Shown here: piece after piece, positions 1 through 13,572 of the stretch
Layout of the letters: each line of letters begins with the position of its first letter
Numbering within the stretch: position 1 is the first letter of the stretch
From: a virus
Taxonomy: Duplodnaviria > Caudoviricetes
IMG/VR virus record: IMGVR_UViG_3300026549_000056
Coordinates: 35,930-99,929 of that record
Direction: 5' to 3' (one strand)
Length of the DNA stretch: 64,000 nt
The notes under the pieces: generated by a model
What the model was told of the DNA's origin: nothing
What the model saw: the letters and a program-made list of their open reading frames with translations, nothing else
Databases searched by the model: none
Program-made: the position numbers and the translations under genes

Positions 1-2240
1 TTACGATAGTCATAAGCGTAAGTTGTAATCTGATCACTTGCATCTTTAATTGTCGCAAGCCAGCCCGCCCTATCTGCCATTCGAGGCACTTCTTTACCTG
101 TTGTGTCTTTGTCAAAACCGTAAGGATATTCAGTCTGTAACTGTTTTAGTGAATCAAAACTACTAAAAACATGATTACTCTGATAAGCTGCACCAAGATT
201 AATCCAATATAAATTACCTTCGCCATCATCATTACCAGTCGTATTAGTATATTCTGGAATATCATAAAGAGTGTTCTTCAAAGCATAATCAGAACCAGCT
301 TTATATAGCTTCTTACGAACATCTGGGTCAGAATATAATACAATAATATTATCTCCATACAACTGAATAGAAGCAATATTATTTAAAGGCAGTTTATTGA
401 ATGTATCACTCTGCTTAACTCCATTAACTTTATTATTGTAATTGACTTTTAAATACTTATTAGAATCAAGTCTACCTTCATTAGTAATTTCAACAGATTC
501 AATAGTCCTCATGAGGGCTAATTCTGTAGAAGTACCATCGTTATAATAAGCAGTTACGATCTTAGTATCGGGATCACATTCAATTCTATCAACAAACTTG
601 AATTGCTCGTCAATCCACTGAATATCACGACCTTCGTCATCTGTAGTAGGATAAATTTCTTGCCCACTAGCGTTGATAGAAAAGTCTTTATCAATTACTA
701 CATTACCTTGATTATCATGTTTAAACGTATTATAGACAATTCTAATCTTGTCAACCACATGAGATTTACCATTGCTATCAACCCATGGCGTATCTACATA
801 GTCTATACGTAAGATACCTGGTGCAGTACCAAGATATACCTGGGCCGCCCCATCAGAATATTTTACATAGAATCTACCAGTATTTTCATCATAGATGATA
901 TCATCAACAACTCTAATAGCAACAGTCTCATTATCACCATGAGTAAAGTGAACCGTAATTAAATTAGGAGTGACAATCTCATCATTTACAACCTGCCAAA
1001 TAACAGTGCCATCTAAAACTGTATTATATCCTGGCGCTATTGTCTTACTCTCAAGACCAGTCAATTCTGCACTACCAGTAATACCACTTTGAGTACATTG
1101 TAGACATAATCCATTTCCTAGACCGTCAGCAGTTACTCGCTGCCCGACACCATATGTAGTATTTCTAGTAACTTTATTTAGCACATTTAGTCCGCGCCCA
1201 TTATCTGTGATCTTATGGATGGCTCTATTATAGCCATCAATATAAGTCTTAGTGGTCTCGCCCTCTGCGCTCTTTTCATAGTTCCTAGTAACATAATAAT
1301 ACTGATAATTATGATCACTTTGATCTACATCATTACCATCATTTAAAGTCTTACCAGTTAACTCAAGACCAAATTTCTCTAGATCTTGACCTCTTACTCC
1401 TTTTGGTACTTTAACATCATACTGCCAATAGTAAGGATGAGTTTTAGAAATATCATCTTCCTTAATTAAATTAGTATACTTCCAAACCTTTTCAGTTTCA
1501 TCATAAGCGGCATAACCAGTGTCATAAGGTTCAATACTTTCAGCATGATATTTAAATACATTAGACGGAATATCAACAGAAATAGTAACTCCTGTAATAT
1601 TTCCATCCTTATCTTTTACATTTACATAACCATACTTAATAACATCAACAATCTCAGACTCTTTAACATTACCATTCTCATCAAACGTGGCGGCGGCGAT
1701 CGGTTTAATATCTGAGCTAGCTTTCTTGCCGTCTCCTGCCTCGTACTCTTTCAGAAATGTTTTCCAATCAACTACAGATAATTCGGTCGCCACGCCCTGT
1801 GGTCCAACTATCTGGCCAACATATTCAGCACCGCCGCCAGGATTAGTAACAAACTCATTAAATGCAAGTCTAAACTTATTTGCGTTAAATACTTTATTAG
1901 TATTTCCGTCTTTATCAGTAGTAATGTCGTAATATCTTTCAACACCGCTACTATCTTTATCATTCTTTTCTATTGAATAGTCACTATTGACATTCAAATT
2001 ATTAGGATTGAAAGGTTCAAGATAATTCAATCCTCTTCGGTAAATAATACCATTCTAAGGGCTATTATAGTGATTCTTATTGGCTATTGTATCAATAATA
2101 ACATACTCACCATAGTTTACAGTATTATAACTACCACCCTTCTGGAAGGCATCGACCATTTCCTTGATACTATCGTAGTGTGCGACTAGTCTATAAGTGG
2201 TACCTGGCTTGCCACCATACATACTATATTGAAGTGCCAT
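1..2240 (-). CDS. Large putative tail/structural protein, runs off the window edge (>746 aa)
   Basis: ATG at 2240. One in-frame TAG at 2055-2057 (HYNSP*NGIIYRRG), then the frame stays open to position 3. It is the most distal gene of the virion module in this window. Confidence 0.75.
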
Positions 2241-2590
2241 TATTTACTCTCCTTCCATCTCCAATGCTTGCCCGCAGCTGTCTTACATTTCACTTTGCAA
2301 ACTGAAGAAATCATTGAAATAGAAATATGATTTTCTTCCGCTGCCTCAGTCATCGTTCTGTAAACTTTTCCTGTTTCTATACAAATAACTGATTTGGGGC
2401 AACCACCGCCTCGATGATAATCTTTATATTTTTCAGACATTTCTTCTAAATCTATATCTTCTATATTAGCAGTATCTACATACGCCCAATGTAAAGGATT
2501 TCCACCACTTTGACCAATGTATATTTTGCCATTAATCTTATTAATATGGGTATATATAAGAAAATGCCTGTCTTTATTCTAGTCTTCCAT
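2240..2590 (-). pseudogene. Internally deleted GIY-YIG homing endonuclease with a C-terminal NUMOD1-like DNA-binding motif (116 aa)
   Basis: MED*NKDRHFLIYTHINKINGKIYIGQS (GIY-YIG-like) is joined after ~35 aa to KSVICIETGKVY..MTEAAEEN..ISMISSVC..KTAAGKHWRW. The rest of the nuclease domain is missing. TAG at codon 4. Confidence 0.65.
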
Positions 2591-2601
2591 ATATACCCTC
2601 C

Positions 2602-3372
2602 TTAGGCTTCATCCCACGCATAATCTAGAATGAACTGATCTATATTACTAGCTGATGATCCATTCGGATTAGCAAAACCTACAAATGTAATTGGAACGCC
2701 ATTATTAATTTCCCACGTTCCTGTCCTACCTATTCTAATTGGTTCTCTATTAACACAAATTAATGATCCAGGTCTACTTTGAATACCAATTTTATCCACA
2801 GATGATCTAGGTAAGATATTATTAACAATCGCAATGTCGCCATTTTCTCCAAAATCAATATTGGCCCTAATATCATCACGCGGCACCGCCTCTAGATAAT
2901 CATAAGTTGTTCTACTAAGAATAAATCCAAGATAAGGATAAATTGCATTAGAAGTGAACATAGTTTCAAAAGAAAAGTATTCTGTATTAACTCCAGGAAT
3001 ATAAGGTTCAACTGCGATACTATTTTCAATAATTTGATAAGTACCTCTCTCATATTCGCCATTAGAACTAGACCCATCATGCTTAAGAAGCTCTAACTTA
3101 ATAACCATTTCTCTTGGATCGTTGCTATCTTTAGTCATTGGATAAGTAGTAGCACTAAACCTAGGATCGTTATATGGAATTCGTTTAATAGAAAATCTTA
3201 AATAATAAGTATTATTAGTATTAAAATTGCCATTATTACTTAATCTAATGGCATAATCTTCAAATAACTTTACCGCATATCCTTCTGTCTTTACTGTCGT
3301 AGCAGACCAAGACAGATCAGTTAGATATGAAGTTGTATTGTTCTTCCTTAATTGGCCTATCTTATATGACAT
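2602..3372 (-). CDS. Hypothetical virion protein (256 aa)
   Basis: Intact ORF with AAGGAG RBS and TAA stop, in the tail module. Confidence 0.75.
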   Translation of the reverse strand: MSYKIGQLRKNNTTSYLTDLSWSATTVKTEGYAVKLFEDYAIRLSNNGNFNTNNTYYLRFSIKRIPYNDPRFSATTYPMTKDSNDPREMVIKLELLKHDGSSSNGEYERGTYQIIENSIAVEPYIPGVNTEYFSFETMFTSNAIYPYLGFILSRTTYDYLEAVPRDDIRANIDFGENGDIAIVNNILPRSSVDKIGIQSRPGSLICVNREPIRIGRTGTWEINNGVPITFVGFANPNGSSASNIDQFILDYAWDEA

Positions 3373-3392
3373 GTCAAACTCCTTTTATCTCG

Positions 3393-5501
3393 TTAAATCT
3401 TCTGCTTGCATTGATATGCTGATATATTCATGCTAGACTCAACGTCAAGTGGCAACGAAATACTAGAAATCATAAACTAGCCATTAATTCCGGCAGCATC
3501 ATCGCGGACAGTTATTCTAGTATTTGGCTCAAGATAATAGATAGGAATCGCGCTAATTGTAATAGACTGATTCATATTCGTATATTGATATAACATATCA
3601 CAAATACGTTCATAACAAGAATTCTGACTGCCACCGATAGTCAATAGACTATAGATAGTGGAGTCAACCTGTACCCAATCTTGTCCTGCTGCATCACACT
3701 CTCTCTTTTCCTATTGTATATCTGCTTCATTTTGATTAATATCAATGAATACTAAATCTGGCACTTCCTGTTCAAATACACAATTAATCTAGTCCTATTG
3801 TACAACTACACCGCGGCGCCCAATATTATCAACACTGTATTCACCGACTTCAGCAGTATCATCAATCATATCAAGCCAAAAATCTATACCACTTGGATTT
3901 TCCTTTACACTATCATAGAATTGCTGTGTTTTTAAATTAAATAGCTTAGGCCATTCATTTAATAACTCAGCAAAATAATAAGGTTGGTCAGTACCAGTAT
4001 CTTGAGCTTCGATCCCCTCATAGTAGAGTTCCTATCTCCAATCTACTGTTGTGACCATACAATCGTCTTGTTTAACTTGATAATATCCTCTATCCTTGCT
4101 CCACCTATAAAATTGTCTATTATCTAAATTGCCAACAATATATAAAGTAGCTTCTGCTCCTGGATTAGGAAACTCAGATGTACTGTTGTAGGTGAACGTA
4201 AACTCGGCGCCCGCCCTTGTAATTCCATAATTGTCCTCGTAAAAATTCACATAGTGTTCTTGTCCTATTTCAGGTTTATGGTCAATAGCAAGGTGATAGC
4301 GAACAGGTATTTCAGTCTCACCATCTGCGCTTTTTCTTACACCCCATACCATATAATCGTTTTTGACATTACTATATGCAGGGGCATTTGTAACAGCACT
4401 AATTAACTTAGTTCCTTCAAAAGTGTAGACTGACTTACCACTTGAAAAGTCAACATCATAACTAGGACTTTCATTTAATTTATTCATTACTGTTGTGGTA
4501 TAAGTAGTATTTAGATAGTTTTTGATCTCTTGAAAATGAAAATTGCCATAGACATCATAAAAATATTCAAAATTACCTAATACAGCAATAATTTTATCAA
4601 GCACGCTTGTGACTGTATCTCCAGGATTGCATGTTAATTCTCCTGGATAGACAAAATCGGTGAGAACAAAACCTATATCATCACCATATTCAAAAGTGAC
4701 TATATCTGATTCATCCTGACCAGTGGCGGCGGCCGCGTTAAGTGCTTCGGTTTGATCTAGGAAGAACCGACGTGTTGTAACTGTTCCCCCTGTCGTCTCT
4801 AAGTAATAGATAGGATTACTACCAGTATATTTCATAACTTGTTTAATTTTATCATCAATATCTTCGATGACAATCTTCGCCGCGTCCTCCGCCCCAAAGT
4901 GATTAACAAGCTAGAAAATAATCTGACTAATTAAAGGCTTCTAAATATCGCCATTACTATCTTCTTTTTCTGAGAAAGTGACTGAGGCAGGAATGACTCC
5001 ACCTGCATCTCCATTTAATAAGCACATTTTATCTTTTAGCGAGATAGAAATAGTTACACCTTGTTGCACTTGATGTGAAATACTTGGATCAAAGATTACA
5101 AATATTCCAAGTGGAAACCATATAATATCTCCATACAACTCTTTATAATTGACATAATGATGAGTAATCTCGTGAGTCTTCTCATCTCTTGTATCATACA
5201 TATAAGTAGGCACAGTATTTCTAAAACCGATCTCTAGTTTTACTTTTCTATTGATAGACAAATCCTGGTCAATATGGCTAAGATCATTCTCCTTCTATTC
5301 TGCGAACATAGTAAAACTTGCAGTTCTACGCACAGAAGAAGTACCATCTAGGGTAAGCGAACCAGATATAGCTTTCCCTTGTATTTCTGATACAGCTTCC
5401 TCAGTCCAAGATAAAACAGTTAGACGAACAAACTGTTCTTTTAATCTAAGTTCGTCTAACTGTTTGAGGAAATACTGATCCTTTAAAAAATCATAGGTCA
5501 T
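3393..5501 (-). CDS. Putative tail/baseplate hub-like protein (702 aa, TAG read-through)
   Basis: ORF fragments 5295-5501, 4941-5261 and 4032-4835 share one frame and are joined by TAG. TAA at 3393. C-terminal IPIYYLEPNTRITVRD resembles phage tail proteins. Confidence 0.75.
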
Positions 5502-5516
5502 AATCTCCTCCTATCA

Positions 5517-8219
5517 TTAGTAAATTCCGCGTTCTGTCTGGATATAATATTCAACAATGGCTGGGACTTCAATTGGGATATCGTAGCTTGCACCATTATC
5601 TTGCTCTGTTCCTAAGTACCAATCTCCATTATAGAAGATGTGGGTGCCAGTTTTATCTGTATATCTGTCTAGCTAAGAAGGATCACTAGGCTGGGCCGCG
5701 CCCCTATCTTTCGTCCAGCGTTTTTCAATATTTCTACCGTAAAAATAAGCCTAAGTGATATAGCCAGAATCTATACCAGGATCAATAAACAATATTCCAG
5801 ACTCATCAACTACTAATCGCTGGACTTCGGTATTTGCATTTGAAGATACATATAATACCGTACCTGGATCCGCCTCAATATTCAAATTATAAATAACCTG
5901 AACTCGTAAGTAGTATGGCTGCTCTACATTCTTAGATTGATAAAGATCAAGATAATACTTTCTTTTAATACGAGTGCAGAGACTTTGCTCTGAGGAAAAG
6001 GTATCTACTAGCTGCCCCACCACGCTCTTATAAATTAAAGTAGTAGCAATAACAGAATTATCATTTTGCTTTGATAGGTTGGCTACAAAGTCAACAACCA
6101 TTTGAGTATCTTTTAAAGGCGTAATATTCTAACTCGAACCTATATGAACATTACTACCTTTCATTTCATATATTCTATTAGGATATTCAATCAATATAGT
6201 TGTTCCACAAATATTAACCAAAGTACCTAATAATGTTTCCGCATTAACTACATCTTCAGTAGGTTCAACATCATCAAGAGGAACTAATGTGCCATTTAAA
6301 TTTTTAATTAAGTAAGGCGGTGAATCAATTTCGATTCTCAAGTATGACAGATATAAATCAGCAACAATAATATTATCAATAGACTGACCCCAATGGAATG
6401 TACTCTTGATTGTAGGAATTGTACCTTGTTCTCCAGTATCTCCCATCAGATTAAAATTAGCTGGATAATAACTTTCAATAGTAGTAAGATGATTATTATC
6501 TGCCTAGTCTCTTCTAAATCTATTTAACTGGCCAATCTTGACTTCATTAAATACGATATTAGGACTATAAGTACCGATATGCTGAATACCATACTTATCA
6601 ATATTTTTTAGTGTAGGCTCGTCAATTTCGTATGCAGTAGCATCAACAGAATAAAGCATGCGACTAAGATCTTGATTAGGCGTAAGTGAAATATCCATCA
6701 ACTTAATAAGCATATTTCCTTCAGTACCTGATCGGAAGAGCTTGACTTGATTATTATATAAAAATGTCTCAACCTTACGTCTGAATTCTCTCTGGTAAGT
6801 ATAATCATACCTTCCGCTTTCAACAGTAAGAGAATTAGTACCGTAGGCTTGTCTATAAAGATCAGTCTAGTTATCTCTTAGCTCTTTCTCTGTTGCAAAT
6901 AAATGACTATTATCTGTCTATGCAGCAATTAAGAATGAAATAGGGAAACTATGATAATACATATTACCATTGCGTCTGATAAATGGATACTTTGAACCAA
7001 TTGTATCAGTCTTCGCTTCACCTACATTAATTACGCTATTTGAAATAGCCATATTAAATCTAATCTTTAGTTGAAATGCGTCATCAAGGCTGCCGCCTTT
7101 TTCTGTAAGGAAAGCATCCTCAAATTCTCCCATCTATTTATCAGATTTTATTGATGCACTGCGGCGACCCCTGTTATCTCTAGTCTGGGCGGCGTACTGA
7201 TAGAAGACACCTGACTCTATAGTAAAATCATCAAACTACCAATCCAAAGAACTATTTTCAAATGTTTTATTAGCTATATCTTCCCATACCATGAAATTAC
7301 TTTTAGATGAGGTCCTTCTAATTGTAACATTAGTATGTACAATCTACCCATCACCAGTTAGTTTTACTCTTGCATATCCATCTTCTTCGTTTATTGATAA
7401 GTTTAAGGAAGCATTAATCGTACCAGTAGAAAATGACATTGCAGTAAATGCATAATCTCTAGTTTGAGTATAACCATTTCTAGTTTCTATATCAAAAACT
7501 AAATGATATAAAGTGTTATTACTCATTACATATTGCATCTAGCACTAGAAACTAAATCTACCATTGTCGGCTTCATATGGATTAGCTTGTTGAATACCAG
7601 AATCAGCATAAAGCTATGTTTTAGACTGGTTGTATAATCTCATTCGCCAGCTCTTTAATGACTCTCTTTCATCAACTGGCACATAAACTCCTGTAAATAC
7701 AGGCTCAATAGATGAATAGACAACCGCGACATCCTCACCAAGCTATTGATCCATTGTTACAGCTCCGCCTAACTCTAGTATATAAAAGTTAGGTATTTCA
7801 ATAGGCTTAAGTAAGCACACCGTAGACCATTCTGAAGCGGTGCTTGAAAGATTGGCGGCGCTGCTCTGTGACGACCATGATCTAGTACTAAAGCGGATCT
7901 GTACCTTATATAATAAAGTTGGATCGAACTTGCCTTCTACTAGATCACCTGGCTAGAGTTCAACATAATAGCGCGCGGCCATGGATGCTATAGTCTCATC
8001 TTGCCGTGGCGTAACCTCTGTTATAGGACAGCACTTGATCTTGTTAGGATACTTTGTGGTATCCATCGCATTTCGGTTATTCTTCTGGAAGCGCACTGTC
8101 AATTGCGCTTGTGCTATATCACCGAGACTATTATAAGTAGATATAGCAAAATAAATCCTCACACTCTGCTTATAATCAAACGCGGGCATGGAAGACGCCA
8201 GTATAGGCGGATACAACAT
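5517..8219 (-). CDS. Large tail-associated structural protein (900 aa, TAG read-through)
   Basis: Six listed ORF fragments are in one frame, separated by TAG. GGAGG RBS. Ends TAA at 5517, followed by TGA and TAG. Confidence 0.75.
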
Positions 8220-8260
8220 ATCCAGTCCCCTCCTTTTATCTCATCGAAGTACGCGACTCC

Positions 8261-8851
8261 TCAATCATGAGCCGCGCCATTCATTCTCTTCATAAACTAT
8301 TTCTAATCAATAACTTCCCAATCAGCCATAGCAGGAACCACCTTCGAGTGAATGAATGAATTTCCCCCTGCATCTTCATAGACTGTAATCAATTCTTTAA
8401 GGATCTCTTCTTCATTCTATGTAATAAATGGCAGACCATTATTAATTTTAGCTCGCTGCATATAAGTTTTATAAGCGTGCTAAATCCGGTCTTTCAAATC
8501 AGCTATATCTTTAGACTTTTGATAATCTGAGAGTTTCTGCTGACCTACTTGAAGTCCTTTAATAGATTCATTAACATTTTCAATCTTACTAATGATCTAT
8601 TTATCTCTGTCTTCGAGAGCATCAAAATGTTCTTTATAAATTTTCTTATTCTATTCACTAGTTTGCTGAAGAGTTTTTATTGCATCAGAATTATCTTTTG
8701 TTTCCTGCTTAGTCTCTTCATACTCGTTTCTAGTCTTTCTATATTTCTAAGCCCACTTGTAAACAGTTACAGCAGCTAAGATGATGGCAACTATCCATCC
8801 TAGAACAGTTCCTGCGGAAACTGAGCCTAATAGTGTAATTAAACCCTACAT
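8261..8851 (-). CDS. Membrane-anchored coiled-coil protein, holin-like or lysis-associated (196 aa, 8 TAG)
   Basis: Absent from the ORF track. M*GLITLLGSVSAGTVLGWIVAIILAAVTVYKW (TM), coiled coil, C-terminal YEDAGGNSFIH. GGAGAGG RBS; TGA stop. Confidence 0.7.
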
Positions 8852-8948
8852 AACATACCTCTCCTTGCATTGAGTAGTTTCCTATCTATAATACATTTGA
8901 AAAGTATGAATATAAGGTTAAAAAATTTAGGCCAAAAATAAAGGGTGG

Positions 8949-9176
8949 TCAGCTTTCGCTGCCACCCTCATCTTTATTTTTAGAGTCGTCTTTAACAGTA
9001 GAAGATCCCTACTGAATTTTCTAATTTGCAATAAGAATTTTATATTGAGAATCTACTTCTGCATTAATATCTTTAATGATGTAGTAAACAACAATACCTG
9101 GAAGTTTAGATTCTGTAATTAAATTCAAAATTTTATTTTTAAAGTCCTCACCCTCAAGATTAATATTCATTCCCAT
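8949..9176 (-). CDS. Small hypothetical protein (75 aa, 2 TAG)
   Basis: MGMNINLEGEDFKNKILNLITESKLPGIVVYYIIKD...; lies immediately downstream of the large tail gene; TGA stop. Confidence 0.6.
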
Positions 9177-9181
9177 AATTA

Positions 9182-12100
9182 TCAGCTTTCTGCATCCAGC
9201 AACAATACATTATAATGCATTGAACTAATATTTATATTAGTACAAACACGTGTAGTCTTTGTATCTCCATCAATGCTGGTTAAATAAGTTATATATTCCC
9301 ACTTTGGCTGTATGTCGTAATAACCAGTAATTTTATAACGTCCAATTGAGATAGGATGTCCTTGATATGTCAACTTATTTAAACTTAAAGAACCAATATT
9401 AGCATCAGCTACAGTTAGATGACCATTTGAAAGGACGCAATCTCCAATACTTCCGCTGCCTTTTACATTGACGTTGCCGCTTGTACTAAAATTCCCGCTA
9501 GAACTTAAATTTCCTCCAAACTTAGCTGAGCCTCTAGATGTTAAATTACCAGAAGTGTCAAGACTAAAACCGGTTCCATAATTAAATGCTTGCGGAGTAA
9601 TCTGAATCCCAGCTCCTTTAAATCCGCTACTATCCAGTGTCCATCCGCCAATTTTACCAGATAATGCGTGCATACGACCAATTCCATCTACACCAAAATT
9701 AGGTCCCCAATCAAGAGTAGAACTAGAATTAGGACTTGATATTCTTACATCAGTAAATGTAGCAACACCATTAGGTTGAATATTCCAGGCATCACTAATA
9801 ATAGAACCGTTATTGTTTAGATCAATATGACCGCTTTCAGAACTTAGCTTTGTAGTTCCAATATGCCAACCACCAATCTTGCCATCTATACTAGCCTGTA
9901 GATTGCGACAAGTAATAGTGCCATCAGAATTAAGAGTAGTGCCGCCACCAAACAAAGTAGTATCATTGATAGTCCAGCCACCAATATGACCACCAGTAGC
10001 CTTGATATTGCCATCTGAGTCAACAGAGAACTTATTATTAGCAGCTTTAAATTTACCATCACCATAAACTGTAAATCTACCATTACCGATACTCAATCTA
10101 GCTGCATCATCGCCACCTTCTGAGTATAAAGTAGTCTTACCATCTTGAGAAGTTAATTTATCATTGCTAATTTTCCAGTTAGCAATTGTGCCGCCGCCTC
10201 GTGCAGTTAGATGACCTTCTGAGTTGACACTAAAATTACCAGACCCAAATAAAATACTTGGAGTCTAAAGATCAATAAGCATACCAGCACCAGCTTGACT
10301 AGTCGGTCTTCCTGTCCTATCATGATTATAATAACTCCAAGAGAAGATAGAACCTGCGGGCGCTGCCCCATACTTATCTGGAGCTAGAACTATCTGTCCT
10401 TTACCTGGCAAACCGAACTGTGCCTTGCCAGTCTCTGCATCAAGGAATATACTGCGCGCGCCGCTAGCAAATCCCATCAGACCAATTTCTCTTTGACCAT
10501 TGCCATTCGCATTAAAGGATTTACCCATTGTAATACCAGTAAAGGTATTATCATCATTCTTCTGGCCAGCGCCAATTTGAGGAGCTAGAATATACTGGTC
10601 ACCCTATGAATTCAGTTTAATAGATGTACCATCCCAGTCATTCATGGCTGACATACCATACCTATTTAAATATAAGTGAATAGATAAGATGACCTTGTAA
10701 TCTCCATAAGTAATTACAATATAGTTATTTGTGCTCTCGCTATCATACATTGCAGGAGGCTCAATTTCTACATTATTTTTACCTTCCAATGCTGAATTCT
10801 TTTTACTTGTATACCAAGAAGTATACCAAAAAATTTGTGAATTGTCAAGCACTTGCTCTACATTCCCAACGAAAATCTTTAAAGTAAAAGGCTTTGTCTT
10901 GAACGCGCCTCTCGTACCATCACTATTGTACATACATTGAGTAAAGCCACCAGTAACAATAGCATGGCAATCATTGTTAGGTGTTCTAACAACAGTAAGA
11001 GGATAAGTAGCAAAATACTTTTTTGCTTGTTGACTCAATTCATCAGTCTCTATTGTAGTTTTTACTACTGTAGAAACATTATTATATCCAGTAGCAGCAA
11101 TAGCACCATTAGAATATACTTCTGCATTGTGAGTAGTATTTCTACCTACATCTACTAATTCCCAAGTTAAACTAGCATTAATAGAAGATGTGTTGGTCTG
11201 GGAGTCATAGAGCGGGGCGGCCGCCCCATTCCACATCTGAGCGCGAAGTGGCTGATTGGTTGAGGCTTGTTGGAATACGTAAGTTTCTACATTCGTATAT
11301 TCACCAGTTCTAGAGTTATAACTCTTACTTACTGTATCGTACCAGCCCTATATATGTCCATTCTATAGATAAATCTGCTTATAAATATCTCTAAATGGAA
11401 CAAGTCTACTTACATATTTAGTGCCATTTGTACCTAATTCACCATCTTTTGTAAAGGTAAAGTTAGTTGATGTTACTAGCGCATGACCTTGGAAATTGAC
11501 TTCAAGTCTAATATTATTATCAGTTGCTTCGATATCATATCTATTAGCTATCTCAAAAGTAAGAGAAGGAGCATTTCGATAGACATGACGAAGTAGATTG
11601 CCATTAGTAGTAGGATTAACAATAGTGTCATCAGTCAAAGTAAATGTGGAGTGACGAAGCATTGTATAATCTTCATCTGGCCATATCCACTTTATATCAC
11701 AGCTCTTAACTATCTCCTCCGGCGTCGGCGGTGTAACTAACTGGCCTTGATCGTTATAAATATCAAAAGTTAAAGTAGCTATGGTAATTTGATCCTCAGC
11801 TGAGTTACTTGCAGGACTTACACCTTCTTCATCGTACTTAAATACTTGAGTGCCATTATTGATAACTAAAGTGTATTCATTCTAAGGTACTCCATTAGTT
11901 AGAGTTAGGGCGGCGGCGCCTAAGTATGCTCCATTAGTTAGAACAGTACACTCATATGTCACGGTATCAGTAGCTTCTGCAATAGCTACATTGATTGATT
12001 TATCCTGGCTATCAATGGCAGTTAGCTCGCCGCCCGCAGTCCTGTATCCCCAATGATATGAAAGATTAGGGCTATCTGTAGTGACATTACATGTAAGAGT

Positions 12101-13378
12101 AGTCTTACCTGTATCAAAATAAAATTTAGTACCCGCGCTAGATGTAATAGAAATTCTAGTTTTTGATACCTTATTCTCTATGTCTATTGCTGCAGACAGA
12201 GTAGTCTTATCATATACAGCGACACACTTAAATGTGTTAATTGCGGCAGGCACCATAGAATAGATTAAATCTTTCCGCTATGACTCTGGGATAAACTGAG
12301 TTACTCCATTATAAGTTTTAGACTGATTTAAACATCTCCAACCTTCGCCCGCATAATTAGAGAACTTAGTTGAGTCTGTTGACTTTACTGTTGTATCTTT
12401 TATAAACCAGTAAAAATCAACATGCTGAGTATCATAATTAACTTTTCTACCCTTGATTTTCATTTCTGCATACATGTACTTTTGGTCATCATTTGCAGAT
12501 GTTAGATAGGCGCCACGCGGGGTAAGGATCTTTAAAGATGAGCCATTAAGTTCTTCATCCGTCAGAGGCTCCATAAATTCTAACTAGAAATCAGAGAGGA
12601 ATATATCTGCTGGCTATCCGCTCTTTGTAACTGGGAAACCAGTACAGAATACTTGAATATCAGATATCTCTTTTAAGTTATCTCCATCTATTGAAAAGAT
12701 AGCATATTGACGATTCTTGAGTGTATATTTATAAGGCTGCCCTTGCATATTATTTACGTCAAGAACATATGTTCTGGTGACGAGATCTGCATCAGATTGC
12801 ACATCTTGACTCTTATAGGCTGTATTATAGTATTTTGCTTGAACAATTAAGCCATAATTACCACCAGAAACCTGCTGCTCGGTAGGAAGAGCAGTTCTTA
12901 CATTCATCCCAAGAAGAATATATTTTCTCTATTTTTTATAAGTAGACAGAGCTACAGAGTCTACAGCTATAATATTTTTAATACTTCTCTGTTGTTGTCC
13001 ACTATATGAACATAACTATACTGCCTAGGTACTGTTGAATATATTACTACCTATAGTGGTCATCTTCCCCTAGGCGGTTACAGCATCTATATACTTAGTA
13101 CCCAGCTATTTTACAGATCCTACAATTAGCTTTATCTTCTTGTAATCGCTAGAAGGAATCTATACATAAACTTGATCATCTGTATCATAGGACGCATCTG
13201 AATCCGCTGAAAAAGCATCGAAAATGGAGTTCTGATATCTAACTCTATATTTTCCTATACTCTAGTCTATTATAGATACAATAGTAGCTCTAACTGTCTT
13301 ATCGAAATCCAACTGTGAAACACGTTTATTCAGAAGGATCTCAATAGAATCAAGGATTGATTGCTATATCTTTGACAT
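9182..13378 (-). CDS. Large tail tip / host-specificity protein (~1,398 aa, TAG read-through)
   Basis: Seven listed fragments in one frame joined by TAG. ATG 13378 with AAGGAG RBS. C-terminal G(H/K)IGGW repeats. Follows the tape measure gene. Confidence 0.8.
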
Positions 13379-13572
13379 TTTTACTCCTTCTTGGCGGCGC
13401 CCGCTATTCCGAGCGATACAGTAAGACATAAGTATCACCGACCTCGGCCGCCGCGCCTCTTTATAACATTAACTACTATAATAACTAGAATTTTTGATAA
13501 AGTAGATTATTTTATTTAGACCGTAGATATAAAAAATATGAGGAGCAATTAAGCTCCCCATAAATAAACTAA

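Noticed and set aside
5511-5519. TAA-TGA-TAG triple stop as evidence that TAG still terminates
   Set aside because: The TAG follows two true stops and overlaps the next gene's AGGAGG RBS, so it is uninformative.
9182-10096. TAG-free C-terminus of the tail-tip protein as a recently swapped domain
   Set aside because: The segment is Gly/Ser-rich with only about three Glu, so the absence of TAG is expected. The GxIGGW repeats are ordinary tail-spike repeats.
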